The notes: generated from the letters alone by a model not told the origin. A DNA stretch of 64,000 nucleotides from Hemiscyllium ocellatum (GCF_020745735.1 NC_083417.1:72044001-72108000); one strand, 5' to 3'. Shown: positions 13,157 to 25,441, counted from the first letter of the stretch. Numbers and translations are program-made.

Positions 13157-13831
13157 CTGAGGAGAAGTTTGCGGAAACTTTCGCCACATGTGAATTTAGA
13201 AAGAAAGGTACTGTAAACGCAATAGTATTACATGTTGGGGGTGATCAGTTGCTGCATATCAGGGCTGTGCGATCACCGGTGCCAAGCCCAGCATCTCTTA
13301 TTCCGACCCGTTCACAGAAATAATCATTCAAGTTCCTCACTCAGAGTATGTCCTGCACTCTTGTCCTCAAAGTTATCCTTAATAAACGGGGGTCCAGCAA
13401 ATCAGTGAAAACAAAACACTTACATATTTGCAAAGAGGTTTCAGCCAGAACAGCCAAGTGTATGATTCATCTTGATTTCCTCCTGTGCTCCACAGTATTA
13501 CAAATGCCCGTCTTCAGGCAATCCAATGCACTTCATTTGCAATCATTAAACAGTCGGAGAGACTGGAGATTACAAATGCACTGTGACAGCAGACTTCTGC
13601 TCCAGAATTTGCCGCAACCCTAGCCAAGCTGTTCTGTATACCCCAACCCAGGCATCTGTGCAAAACTGCAGAAAAGAATCGGGGTGTGTCCACATATGCG
13701 AATAGTATGATAAAGCAAATACTGCCCCATCAATCTACGACCTGTTATCTGCTTTTTCCACTCAGCACCTGATTTCATTCCAGACTTTACAGGACTCTTT
13801 GCAATTCTCCAGGAGCTTCTGGTTTTATTGT

Positions 13832-14144
13832 AGATTAGATTAGATTAGACTTACAGTGTGGAAACAGGCCCTTCGGCACAACAAGTCCACACCGACCCGC
13901 CGAAGCGCAACCGACCCATACCCCTACATTTACCCCTTACCTAACACTATGGGCAATTTTAGCTTGGCCAATTCACCTGACCCTCACATCTTTGTGACTG
14001 TGGGAGGAAACCGGAGCACCCGGAGGAAACCCACGCAGACACGGGGAGAACGTGCAAACTCCACGCAGTCAGTCGCCTGAGTCGGGAATTGAACCCGGTC
14101 TACAGGCGCTGTGAGGCAGCAGTGCTAACCACTGTGCCACCGTG
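13832..14144 (-). mobile_element. V-SINE (HE1-like), copy-1-specific insertion
   Basis: Same family with a (TAATC)n tail; absent at ~39435 and ~62050. Confidence 0.9.
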
Positions 14145-14618
14145 ACTTGTTAAATTTCCATCATTTGCAGCACTCTGGTTTGTTTTAATCAGACGTTTGG
14201 GAAAAGCATAATATGATTAGGCAGAGTCAAAGGGGACTATTAGGTGAAAAATTATAGTGGGTAATACCATGATATTTCTTGACGATACAATTGTTAGGAC
14301 AGATGAGAGGGAAGTACTGGTTACAGTTAGAGAACAAAGAATGCGCTCAGTTTTGACAGGAAAGGTTATTAGAAATAATCTGACTCATGAGATTTGAGAT
14401 AATATATTACCATAGATTGAACATTAGCGATCAGGTAGAAATTGGAAAAGTCAACGATTTTTATTTTGTGGAATGGGAAGGTAAAGCATTTTCCAGTGCA
14501 GGGTCACAAGGATTTGTGCTTGAGACTTAGCAATATATAATCTGTATCAGTGACCGATATGAAGTTAGGCAAATGTAATTAGCTCAGATGCTCTACAATA
14601 TGGAAACAGGCCCTTCAG

Positions 14619-14908
14619 CCCAACAAGTCCACACACACCCTCCGAAGTGTAACTCACCCAAACCTATTCCCCTACCCCAAAATCAACCCTGACTAATGCA
14701 CCTAACATTATGGGCAATTTAGCATGGCTAATTCACCTGACCCGCACATCTTTGGATTGTGGGAGGAAACCAGACTACCCGGAGGAAACCCATGCAGACA
14801 CGGGGAGAATGTGCAAACTCCACACAGACAGTTGTCGGGGCAGGAATCGAACGCAGGATCATAACACAGTGAGGCAGCAGTGCCAACCACAGAGCCCCCA
14901 TGCACCAT
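14619..14908 (-). mobile_element. Older V-SINE shared by all units
   Basis: V domain and tail recognisable; paralogs at ~39865-40172 and ~62497-62808. Confidence 0.8.
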
Positions 14909-15059
14909 GAAAAGCTGCTAACATTGCCCAATAACCACTCAAATTATGTAATGTAGAACCCCTAGAGTGTAGGAAGAGGATATTCGGCACAACAAATCCA
15001 GACTGATTCCCCAGACTAGTTTACTTAACTTGCACGCTAAGCACACTTTGACATGACCA

Positions 15060-15220
15060 TCTAACATGCCTGTCTATGAATTTTTGGGGGAAAACGGAAT
15101 GACCGGAAGAAACTCGCGCATAGAATTGGAAACTCCACAAAGTCACCCGAAGCAGGTGTCGAAGGCGGGTCGCTGACATCGTGAAATAGCAGCGCTAACC
15201 ACTGAACCACTGTGTTGCCC
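15060..15220 (-). mobile_element. Degenerate SINE fragment
   Basis: SINE head GGCAACACAGTGGTTCAGTGGTTAGC; paralogs at ~40325-40485 and ~62965-63080. Confidence 0.6.
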
Positions 15221-15239
15221 TGCGTCGCTGCCTTTTGGG

Positions 15240-15940
15240 AAGGCAAATCAGCGCAGGAATTTTACACTTAATGGTAAGGTTCTGGGAAGTGTGACTGAAC
15301 AAAGAGACCTTGGAGTGCAGTCGCAGGCAGACAGGATAGGGAAGAGGACGTTTGATACACTTGTCTTTATTGGTCAATGCATTGCACGTAAGAGTTGGGT
15401 GGTCATGTTGCGGCTGGAGACATGTCGTTGGTTTGGATGTTGTGAAACTTGAAAGGGGTAAGAAAACAATGACATGAATGTTGCCAGTGTTGGAAGTTTT
15501 GAGCGAGAGAGAGAGGTTGAACAGGCTGGAGCTATTTTCACTGAGGCGTCGGAAGCTGATGGGCGACCTCATAGAGGTTTATAAAATCATGAGGATCATG
15601 GAGAGTGTAAATAGACAAGGTCTTTTCCCCAGAGTAGGGGAGTCTAAAACTAGAGGGCGTAGCATTATGGTGAGAAAGGAAATATTTTAAAAGGACCTAA
15701 GGGGGAACCTATTCACGCAGAGAGTGGTGCGTGTATGGAATGTGCTTCCAGAGGAAGTGGCGGAGATTGGTACGATTACAACATTTAAAAGGCACTTGGG
15801 TGGGTTAATGGGTCGGTAGGGTTTAAAGTGATATGGGTAAAATCCTGGCTGATGGGACTTCATTAATGTAGAATCCCTGTTCGGCTTGGACAAATTGGAC
15901 CGTTTCCGTGATGTACTTAATGACTCTGAGTGACTCTAAG
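15240..15940 (+). mobile_element. CR1 3' fragment
   Basis: RLELFSLRRRKLMGDLIEVYKIM..GLFPRVGESKTRG; paralogs at ~40500-41200 and ~63080-63400. Confidence 0.8.
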
Positions 15941-17427
15941 CTCGATATTATAACTTTGTGACTCTGAGCGATTACTCGTTTTCAATCAGTGTTTTCAGTC
16001 AAGACTGTCTCTTGATCGAGGAACCACGCAAGAGCTAGAGCACAGTTTGTGAAGTGTGAAGTTATATCATTTGAAGTGATTAAAGTGAGTAACGAAAATG
16101 TATATGATGCCGAAGGCCCGGGGAAATTTGTTTCACGGTCGTTTAGGAGACTTAAGGAGGAACCAGAACAAATAATCATTCCAACACAGTAAGCAATCAG
16201 GGAATCTGATCACGTGACATTCTGATTAGACATGAATTATAATATACAATTTAAAGAGATTTTACACAATTGTGCAGTACTTCAATAAGATGGCATTCAT
16301 TGTATTGGTTTAAATTTTCATTTCTTTACGAAAGAAAGCATACACCTGTTTTGAAAACCATACACCAAATTTCTTTTTAGATTCACGCAAGGTTTCAGAG
16401 AATTCTTCTGTGCAGCAAGGTTTAATTCATCACAGCATTAACTAACTTTAACCAGACGCCATCTCATTGGAAGATGTAAAAATAATCAAATCATAATCTT
16501 GGTGGAGTTAATGTAGGAAATCATTGCTATGAGCGATGGCCAAAATCACTTCTTCTCAAAAAGGGACTGATCAGATGAGGAGAACTTCCTTCCTTCAAGG
16601 TGTTGTAGATCTTTCGACTCCTCAACCTAACAGGAATATGTCTAGTTCAGCAGGGAATTGCTCCTATATTGCTATATCGACCATCCTGCGAAGTATCTTT
16701 GTTTGTTTATAAGTTATCTAAGAAATCTGGCTATAGTCAAAAGTGAAAGAAACGTTATTTTGTCTATTCAAGACAGACATGCATTCTTTTATGGGCATTC
16801 AGGTGATCATGACTTGTACTGAGAGTGTCTGAGGCAATTATGGTCAAAGAACCTATTCTGTTTCTAGTCCTTATAACAGATGTCATTACGTTTGTACAAT
16901 ATATTCATTGAGTTGGCTGAAAGGAGATATTTACATTTATGGGCGGTGCGGGAAATAGAAGTTGGAAACAAAAAAAGTCTCTAATTAGGAAAAAGGTTTG
17001 GAGAAAATAAAACACCCGGGAAAGGTTTAGAACGTGTTATTCACCATCACAAAGAATGAATGGACTTGAGAATGGATTTAGGAGGAACCTGGACAAGTTC
17101 ATGAGGGAGACATTAATAGAAGGTTATTGCATTCGGTTTTGTGAAGTAGGGCAGGATCGTGGAAATTCGTCCAGAACATCAAGTGCGGCCTCGACCTGTT
17201 CAGTTCCTGTGTAGACATTAATATAGATTGCTCAGCAATACTATCTCATTATTAAATAGTCTGATGCACAATATTTTGATGTGAAGTTGCCGATGTTGGG
17301 CAGAGATAGACAAAACTGAAAATCACACGACACTAGATTTGAATCCAACAAGGACTATCATTTTGGACTATAACCTTGTTTCCTATGATTTTCAATTTTG
17401 ACTACAATTTGACTGAAAGAGGGGGAA

Positions 17428-17675
17428 CACTGCGGGCTCACAACACCAGGAACCAGGGCTGGATTTCACCCTCAGTTGTTATCTGTGTGGAGTAGCACAT
17501 TCTCCTCGTGTCTGCGCGGGTTTCCGCCCCGTCCTCCGGTTTCCTCCTGTGCAGGCTAGGTGGATTGGCAATGGGAAATGCAGGTTTACAAGCATTGGGT
17601 GGGATGAATTTCGGAGGATCAGCGTGGACTCTGTGGGCCCAATGGCCTGCTTTCACACTGTAGGGATTCAATGAT
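17428..17675 (+). mobile_element. Degenerate V-SINE downstream of the receptor gene
   Basis: TGTGGAGTAGCACATTCTC...GGGCCCAATGGCCTGC; paralogs at ~1275-1492 and ~42690-42940. Confidence 0.65.
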
Positions 17676-17712
17676 TTTCATCATTCCCATTTAACACAAT
17701 GACAATAATGGA

Positions 17713-17718
17713 TTTATT
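17713..17718 (-). terminator. Candidate polyadenylation signal AATAAA for the copy-2 gene
   Basis: AATAAA on the minus strand about 180 nt after the stop; the same motif is at 42978-42983 in copy 3. Confidence 0.4.
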
Positions 17719-17899
17719 CCATTGCTTTTACAGGAATCGAAGGCTTTGAAGGATAAACAGTGGTTCAGCAATTAGAATGCACCACCGATTAAGGTATCGT
17801 TCACAATCAACCCATCACCTCTGGCTTGTTGTCATTTTCAAATAAACAAAGCAAAAGCAACTTTTCTGTAACTGTACTATCACTGAATATTGTTGGAGT

Positions 17900-18046
17900 T
17901 CATGGAATCCAGGCGTTTCCGCTTCCCTTTTTTATTTTGACCTCTGCATACTCCGCCTCCTTTTTATTTGGTTTTCTTGCCGTTTTCTCGGAAGCGGAAA
18001 GATTCAAAGACGCGTAGGTCAGTTCGCCATCTGTCCGGTGCTTTGT
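17900..18046 (-). CDS. Terminal cytoplasmic exon with ITIM (gene in copy 2)
   Basis: TKHRTDGELTYASLNL...KEAEYAEVKIKKGSGNAWIP*; acceptor TTTTATTACAG. Confidence 0.85.
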   Translation of the reverse strand, partial: TKHRTDGELTYASLNLSASEKTARKPNKKEAEYAEVKIKKGSGNAWIP

Positions 18047-21000
18047 CTGTAATAAAACAATGAAATATAAGTAGTTTCAGCTACTCACTTTAATAAAATT
18101 ATTCAGGCTGTCGGTGTACATCACCAAGCTGAAAATCACACAACACCAAGTTGTAGTCCAACAAGTTTAATTAGAAGCAAGACCTATCGGAGCACCCCTC
18201 CTTCATCCGATGTTTGTAGAGTACACAATTGTAAGACACAGAATTTATAGTAAAAGTTTACAGTGTGATGTAACTGAAACACCAATCTGTGCAGACACGA
18301 ATTGTTAAGGTTAACCTGAGAATGTAACTTTAAAACAAAGTTTTGTGATTTACATATGAAAGAAGCGAAACTAACATTGTCATTCTAAAAGATGAGAGAC
18401 TTAACAAACAATGCAAGGTATTTTGCAATGTGCAATTTCAGTTACATCACACTGTAAACTTTTGCTATAAATTCTGTGTCTTAAAATTGTGTACTCCAGA
18501 ACCACTTGAGGAAGGAGCGGCGCTCCGAAAGCTTGTGCTTCCAATTAAACCTGCTGGACTACAACCTGGTGTTGTGCGATTTTTAACTTTGTACACACCA
18601 GTCCAACACCGGCATCTCCAAATCGTACATGACTAAGGTCAGACGTGTGTTTGAGCGGTCCCCATTGGAAAACCGATGGTTAATTTTCATGACAGTACCT
18701 GCGCATACACAAAGCTCTCTTTCTCCGTTAGTAGTTTTGCAGGTTTCCTCTCTCCGCTGAAGTGGAGAGCAGCATAAATCGGACTCACTGCCTCTCTGTC
18801 CCGATTGACCTGAGGAAGGTTTTGCAGAAAGATTAACCACCAAGTTTAAAAAAATGTAATCACAAATCGAGCTGTGCTTCTGCTCCTGACTGAAGAGCAG
18901 GCCAACTGATCCTAACAAAACGCAAACATTTAAAATGTCTTCGAGAGTTGCGGGCTTGTCTGGACTCGACGTCATTGTCCCAATGGATCACTGTCTCGTG
19001 TTCATATCAGAGCGATGCACTGGGGACACCGTGAACTCGATATGCGTGCCGTCGAAGTACACCGTCTGAGATTCCTGGAGAATGGATAGAAATTACCCGT
19101 ATGTAGACAACATCCCACTCACAGTTTCGTTCTCGTTGTCATAAGTAGAAACTGACCTGTTCCTCAAATTGGCTGTTCATGTCCTCAGCAGTCGCGTTGC
19201 CTGTCAGAGAACCGAATGGCATTACACACATGATCATTTTCACAATGTATCACAAGCCCGCAAGAAATTAAGCCCCATTGAAGCAAAGTGAGCAGGCTCG
19301 CCGAACGCTAACATTCTGCTATATATCTGGATGAGATGAGCTGCACATTATGCGCACTGCACTTGAAGATTTCATTCCAGACTGCCCGTCCCCTTTCTCT
19401 CCTACTGCAGCAGTGACATGGAACAAGAGATGAATGCCCAGTACAGAATCAGGAAAAAAATCAAGTCTCACCAGTTGTTTTGTCTAATTTGCACCCCTTG
19501 AAGACAATTCCCAGAACTAAAATCATAATCCCGCCTGCTGCACAACCAAAGACTAAGGCGTAGTAGAAAGTACGGTCTTGGTTACCTATAGGGGACAGAG
19601 AAAGTGTAATGTTAGCATTTTTAAAAGCAGATGATACAACGTATTCGACAACTCCAGGTTACAGACTACACTCACATTAAAACCGTCTCTGCCACATTCC
19701 TGCTGCTTATCCCCGAACGCAAGGCTACGTTGTCCCTTTATCGACCAACTAATTGAACCACAAAGCGCCTATCCATTTCGAAAACACCAGCATGTGTTTA
19801 ATTAATGACCGTATTTGATTTAATGAATATACAGCATTGTTTAAAATCCCTCCGCGAATTAGCGTGTATTTACCAGGTGTAAAGATCTCTACCTCGTTCC
19901 ACACGTCATTCAAACAGGCGAAAGAATTGACCCTGTGCCCATCATTTACGAACATGCTTCCTATAGTCTTATCCCAATCATTTAGATACAAGCACTGGAC
20001 ACCGCCTTGATCCATGCGGGACACCACTGGTCACAAGACTCGAGTCCGAAAAGCAGTTTTCTACCACCATCCTGTCTCTTCCCGTCAAACCAATTTTGTG
20101 TCCAATTGTCCAGCTCTCCTGGAATTCCACGTGATCTAATTTTACTAACAAGTCTGCCAAGCGGAATCTTGCCGAAGGAACATGTACCAAAAGACTGGAT
20201 GATTACATCAGCTTTTACTATTGGCGCATGGGATATGGGTATCTGTGACTGAGGCAGCATTTGTTGTCCATTTCTTTGTAGTAGAGTCGCTGTTGTAACA
20301 TATGTATTGCAGCATCGCTTATGGACACTGTTTTTGAAAGGCCAATGTGATAGTGATCAGACCATGTAATTCTGTGATGTGGATTTCGGGGGATAAGTAT
20401 TCACGCAGGGCTTACTTGCTGTTCTGCAAAATGGCGTGCTAGATGTTTTGTTCCTACGTGAAGGGACAATCGGTTCAAGCAGATTTTCCTCCTCCTCGGA
20501 TGCTGCCTGACCTGCTGTGCATTTCCAGTACCACCTTAATCTTGAGTCTAATCTCCAGCATCTACAGTACCCACTTTAGCCGCAGAAAGACCGCACCTTC
20601 AACTGAGCAATACTGCCTCTGCACTGCGGGGCTCTGCCAAATCATTGTGCTCCGGATCGGAAGAGGAATTGACCCTACGGCCTTCAAAAACAGAAATGAG
20701 CGATCAGACCAACTGAGGTGCGTACCAAGGCAGTATCCACGGAGTGCCCAGGAAGTGAATGGAGAGCGAGTGGCGTCTGATGTTGGACGCATTACGGTGA
20801 TGGAGATAAGGAGGACAAGAAAGTGGGAGATGAATATAGAGAGAAAGAATAACTTTGATTTTTCCAATAAGACCAAGAGTGAATTGGAGAGAGAGAGAAA
20901 GAGAGAGAGAAAGACCGACTGAGCGCGAGAGCAAGAAAGTGTTTATCATCAGTTTTGTTGATGAAACCTCGCGTCAGACGATGAAACTGGCCACAGATAT

Positions 21001-24000
21001 GCTGGTTCCCGGACACAGTGCAGATGCAGTGCAGGCCGGTTTCTGTTTGTGGTAAATTTTGAACTGACGGCTTTGTAACACTTCAAATCTGTTTTTAACT
21101 TTGGCTGAAGTGCCAAGCATCCGGGAACGGAATGGACTCTTGCATTTTTAATATTGATGACAGATGTTAGGTTCCTCTGTATATCAAAAAGGGAAAACCG
21201 GTGACCCTTACCGTGATCCAGAATTTTGTCGCTGATGTTTGCCGGGACGCTGAGTGTGATGTGAGAAATCTGGCAGGTGTAGACTGACCCCTTCTCCGGA
21301 AGACTGAGCTCGCTGGAAACGTAAAATAAACCCTCTCCGTTCAGGATTTTCCTGATGTTGATGCCAGACGTGATTTCGGAGAAATTTTTATACCACACGA
21401 GTTCAAACTGCCCGGGGAAGAAGCCAGCTGTTGTGCAGAAGAGAGCGAGGAAGGGCGAGTACTGGCGGGTTATCTTCAGCGGGGTTGGCGGCACTGGAAC
21501 ACAATAACAATCAATAAATCAACATCCGAAGTTGTGTGTGACTTGGACAGAAGACAGAACAGAACAGCCTGTCAAAAGGCATAGACGTGTTTTGAATGTT
21601 GGAGTGAATTTTTTTAAATCACCCTAATAATGTTAACAAATAAAGTTTCAATTCTGAAACTTAAAATCGATGTATACTTGTTAAACCTCTCCTTTTTTAT
21701 TCAGCTAGAAAGTGGAGATAAATGGAGTGGACAAAACCATGCACAAAACAGACAAAATGTTGGACGAGGCACGTACTCTGCACACGCAGCTCTGAATCTA
21801 TATTGAATAAACAGTGGTCACAGTTAGTCAGAGTCCATACTAAATAATCGCCAGTTTCATCAGACACCCTCAGTTTATTGTCCATTGAACAATCACTGGT
21901 TCAATTGGATGCCAGAAATTCAAAGTCTACTCAATGGATCCACCAGACATTCTCAATCCACAGTTTGCATTTAATTATAACTGGTCCCATCAAAAGCCTC
22001 CATCTCAAGTCCAGGATTGTTCGTGTCTTTGTATTTAGGTTGCAATGAACGACGTTTGAAGATGGGTAAAAACGGGGCGTTCAGGTTCTATCACTAGCGT
22101 GACACTATCGCTTAATTCAATTTACTTTTCACTCCCTTTCTTTTTTCTTTCTCGTTTCGATTATTGAGCTTGGAATTTAACCCTCTACCCGTCTGTCCGA
22201 AGGTACATTTGCATTTGAGATCAATCCAACCTCTACCCGCAACTGTTAAAAACTGCAATAAAAACATAGCATCCTAAAGTCAAGAATTCCTTTGTTTGCT
22301 CGGCCCCGCCCCTCAAAAGATGCCAAATAGCCAACTTTTTTCAAGGAAAGGTATACATGCAATGTTGGTGTTTCTATCGATTTCATATTCTATTTCCTAT
22401 TTCCAATTGCCCTTGCGAAGATGGGAGTAAGCTGTCTTCTTGCACCACGGCAACCCACGGAGATATGTCTGCACCCGTAATGTTGCAAAGAAAGGAGTTT
22501 CAGAATTTTGACCCAGCGACACTATTATGGGAATAGTGATACATTTCAAAGTTGGGATGTTGAAAGCTTTGGAAGGGAAGTTGTAGGTGGTCATATTACC
22601 ATGTATCTGCTGCTGTGGGCTTTGTAGGTGCTGTTGACGAATATTGAGTGAATTTCGACATTGCGTATCCTCTAAACTTTTCCTATTCATACGCCCACCC
22701 AGATGCCTTTAAATGTTGTAATTGTACAAGTATCCACGAGCATTCTAGCCTTGTACTAGCCTTCTCACAGCTTATTCCATGCACTCACCACACTCCTCGT
22801 GAAAATTTGCCCCTTAGGTCCATTTTAAATTATTCCCCTCTCACCCTAAAACTTTCCACTGTGGCTCTGTACTCCCCCATTCCAGGGAAAAGACCTTGTC
22901 TCTTTAATTTATCACGCCCGTCATGATTTTATAAACCTCTATCAGGTCACCCCAAAGCCGCTGACGCTCCAGCGAAACCAACTCAAGCCTATTCAGCCCC
23001 TGCCGATAGGTCAAATCGTCCAAGCCTGGCTGCATCTTTGTAAAGCTTTTCTGATCGCTTTCAAGATTCACAACATCCTTCTGGTAGGAAGGAGATCAGA
23101 ATTGCATACCGTATTCCAAATGTTGCCTCACCAATCAACCTGCACTCCAAGGTCTCTGTTCAGCAACATTTACCAGGACGTTCCCATTATGTGTATAAGT
23201 TCGACCCTGATTTGCTTTTCCAAAATGCAGGACCTCACATTTGTCTAATTAAACTCCATCTGCCACTCTTCTGCCCAATGGCCATCTGATCAAGTTCTTG
23301 TTGTTCTCTGAGGTAACCTTCTTCGCTGTCCACAGCACATGCAATTTTGTTATCGTCCACTAAATTACTTACTTTACCTCCTATGTTCGCATCCAAGTCA
23401 TTTATGTAAATGACGAAAAGCAGTGAACCCAGCAGCGATCCTTATGGCACACCACTGGTCACAGGCCTCCAGTCAGAAAGGCGATCCTCCATGACCACCC
23501 TCTGTTTTCTACCTTTGAGCCAGTTCTGTATCCAAATGGCTAATTCTCCCTGTATTCCGTGTGATCAAAACTTGCAAGCCACTCTACCATGAGGAACCTT
23601 GTCCAACCCAGTTCATGTAGATCCCTTGGGAAATATGTTGGTTTCCCAGTGGAGCACACATTCTTCACACAATGTGAATTTGAACAACATGCGATCTTTG
23701 CATGTACTTCTCAGGATTGCATTTCGTCATTTCCTGATTGATCATTTGCTTCGTGCGTCCAAACCTCATTTTCAATTGACAAAATCCTGTTGCAATCCCA
23801 GGCCAACATCTGGTATGGATGATGCCACTACCCATTTCAAAGGCAGAGTTGCATTACAAAACAGCCCAGTTACATTTGAAGCTGGTGCACAGACTTGAGC
23901 AAGTGCCTCGGGGACCTATCTACTATTCAGAAAAAAAAAATCACTGTTCATAAATATTTCCATACTGCAACTTCATGTAGGTAGACTGGTTGCATCAACA

Positions 24001-25441
24001 TAACGAGTTAAAGTGTTTAGTAAACTTTATCCACTTCTTAAAATCAGGATTTAAGATGAGACTCAAACTAAGAGGAATGTATATATTTATCAACAGTTGC
24101 AAACAAAATTGGGGATTAACCAAAATAAATATATCCCTGTGAATTTAATCTCGAAGTAAACGTAAACTTCTCCTCAAAATCATACTTGGAAGCAGCGTTA
24201 AGTACATTTCTAGTTTGAAGTTTATTATTGAAGCAATCCAAATAATACGCTCTGCTTCTCAGGGAAATTCTGAGTGAACAGTTCTAAGTATTTAAGATTT
24301 CAATCCGACAGTGTGAGGAAGCAAATCATTTCTGAGACAGCATTTAATAATTCGTTCTACCTTAGTTTGCATTGGAATGTTTTCCTAATACCTGTTCCTC
24401 TTCTGGAGGATAATTATTTGCTCTCATTTTGCATTACTCACACAGTGCTGTAGCTGTATCCGTTCATGATCACTTGCACCTATTTGATAATCGATTTTGA
24501 AAACCTGACATTTATCTCTTGAAAAGAAAAACACATCTTTCCACGTTAAACTCCAAGACAAATCTAATGCATTTCATTTCCGATAGCTATCAAAATCAAG
24601 TGGAGCACTATTTAGGATACATTATCTGATTATAAATAGTCGGTATAAAACAAGATTAAATACATTATGGCCTGGCTAGCTTTGATTGACCGCGGACGGC
24701 AGGTCTGATGTACACCAGCACAAGTTCGGTCTAAGTCTCCTTGAACTGAAAAAAAAGACAAGCCTTCCTTTCGTCGCCAAACTGAAAGCAGACTCCTTGC
24801 TGCTCTTGTTATTTATTATCGATGTAGACCTGCCTAATTTAACGTTGTTCATTACTCGTCAGTGACACTCACCGTGTACGATAAGCATAGTCCCATTCCC
24901 ATTGGAGGTCTTCCTGCCGAAGACGCTGATGCGACAATAATAGATTCCGGAGTCCCGGAAGCTCACATTCAGCAGATGGAACACAGAAAATGCTTTCTTG
25001 AACGGTAATATTATTTTCCTTTTGTCTGCTGTTGGATCCAAAGGTTTGATCTCTCCATCTTTCCGCCAGGACACGCCAACCGATAGTTTGGGATAGAAAA
25101 ACGGGATGGAGCAATACATTGACACATTTGTACCTTCCACTGCAGTCAGGCACGCGGGGTGTTGAGTCACAGACAAAGGGGTTTCGCCAGTACCTGCCAG
25201 AAATATATACAAGCGTTAGTTGCTCCTGTTTCATGAACCGAAAAATGAAAAGTGGTCAAATAATGGTTTAGAAACTCAGCAAAACAAAATCCAATAATTA
25301 ATCATGAAAACGAAGCTGCCAGTTTTGAGTTCTCAGTATTTCCATTCATAATCCGATCCGCTAGATGAATGTAAATATTTATAGACCTGCATAAATTACT
25401 CCCAGGACTGAGAGACAGCAGAGCACATGAAACACAGGCAT
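17900..25441 (-). CDS. IgSF inhibitory-type receptor, L-V-C1-TM-ITIM tail (NKp30-like V domain, SIRP-like architecture), 357 aa, 7 exons
   Basis: Exons: 25441-25387 (MPVFHVLCCLSVLGVIYA, signal peptide), 25193-24873 (V), 21493-21212 (C1), 19585-19472 (TM), 19200-19157, 18809-18699, 18046-17900. All introns are GT-AG, phases match (1,1,1,1,0,0), total 1074 nt with no internal stop. The tail has PIYAAL, FVYAQ, LTYASL (canonical ITIM) and AEYAEV. The leader donor GTCTAT is the weakest junction. Confidence 0.85.
18122..18624. mobile_element. Inverted-repeat Penelope-LTR-like insertion in the last intron
   Basis: About 80-bp arms in inverted orientation (AAAATCACACAACACC... and ...GGTGTTGTGCGATTTT), degenerate hammerhead stems, flanked by GTACAT. 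Also at ~43390-43745 (internally deleted) and ~1493-1900 (left arm deleted). Confidence 0.6.
19472..19585 (-). CDS. Transmembrane exon (gene in copy 2)
   Basis: GNQDRT-FYYALVFGCAAGGIMILVLGIVF-KGCK is an uncharged 23-aa hydrophobic span followed by basic residues. Acceptor CCCCTATAG, donor GTGAGA. Confidence 0.85.
19940..20265 (-). mobile_element. CR1 RT fragment in the C1-TM intron
   Basis: KIPLGRLVSKIRSRGI..NWTQNWFDGKRQ; paralogs at ~3200-3540 and ~45050-45380. Confidence 0.75.
21212..21493 (-). CDS. C1-set Ig domain exon (gene in copy 2)
   Basis: CTTAGFFPGQFELVWYKN and YTCQISH match the C1-set signatures CxxxGFxP..W and YxCxVxH. Acceptor GTGTTCCAG, donor GTAAGG. Confidence 0.92.
22680..23600 (-). 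mobile_element. CR1 RT/3' fragment in the V-C1 intron
   Basis: The plus-strand shadow PYGTPLVTGLQSE..TTLCFLPLSQFCIQ is the antisense of the CR1 RT; paralog at ~48420-49340. Confidence 0.75.
24873..25193 (-). CDS. V-set Ig domain exon (gene in copy 2)
   Basis: LSVTQHP..EGTNVSMYC..VSWRKDG..DSGIYYCRISVFG..GNGTMLIVH shows the canonical V-set Cys/Trp/DxGxYxC plus a G-strand motif resembling NKp30 (YVCRVEVLG..GNGTRLVV). Acceptor TTTCTGGCAG, donor GTGAGT. Confidence 0.92.

Larger units (their letters stand above)
1..16273. repeat. Tandem segmental duplication, unit copy 1 (shortened by deletions)
   Basis: The window start GCAGTACTTCAATAAGATGG recurs at 16274, 41537 and 63729 with collinear content between. 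Correcting for the indels seen gives about 22.2-22.4 kb for all three copies. The boundary is set by the window start, not a true breakpoint. Confidence 0.95.

Noticed and set aside
20562-20949. Hydrophobic 80-130-aa ORFs in the C1-TM intron (paralogs 3829-4268 and 46287-46740) as an extra exon
   Set aside because: Frames differ between copies, they overlap a GA microsatellite and a repeat fragment, and the gene model is complete without them.
24441-24480. CACAGTG heptamer downstream of the V exon (also at ~21014 and ~4588) as a possible RAG recombination signal
   Set aside because: No nonamer at 12 or 23 bp spacing in the correct orientation (the GGTTTCTGT near 21038 faces the wrong way). 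The V exon already contains its G strand and a normal splice donor, so there is no evidence for rearrangement.
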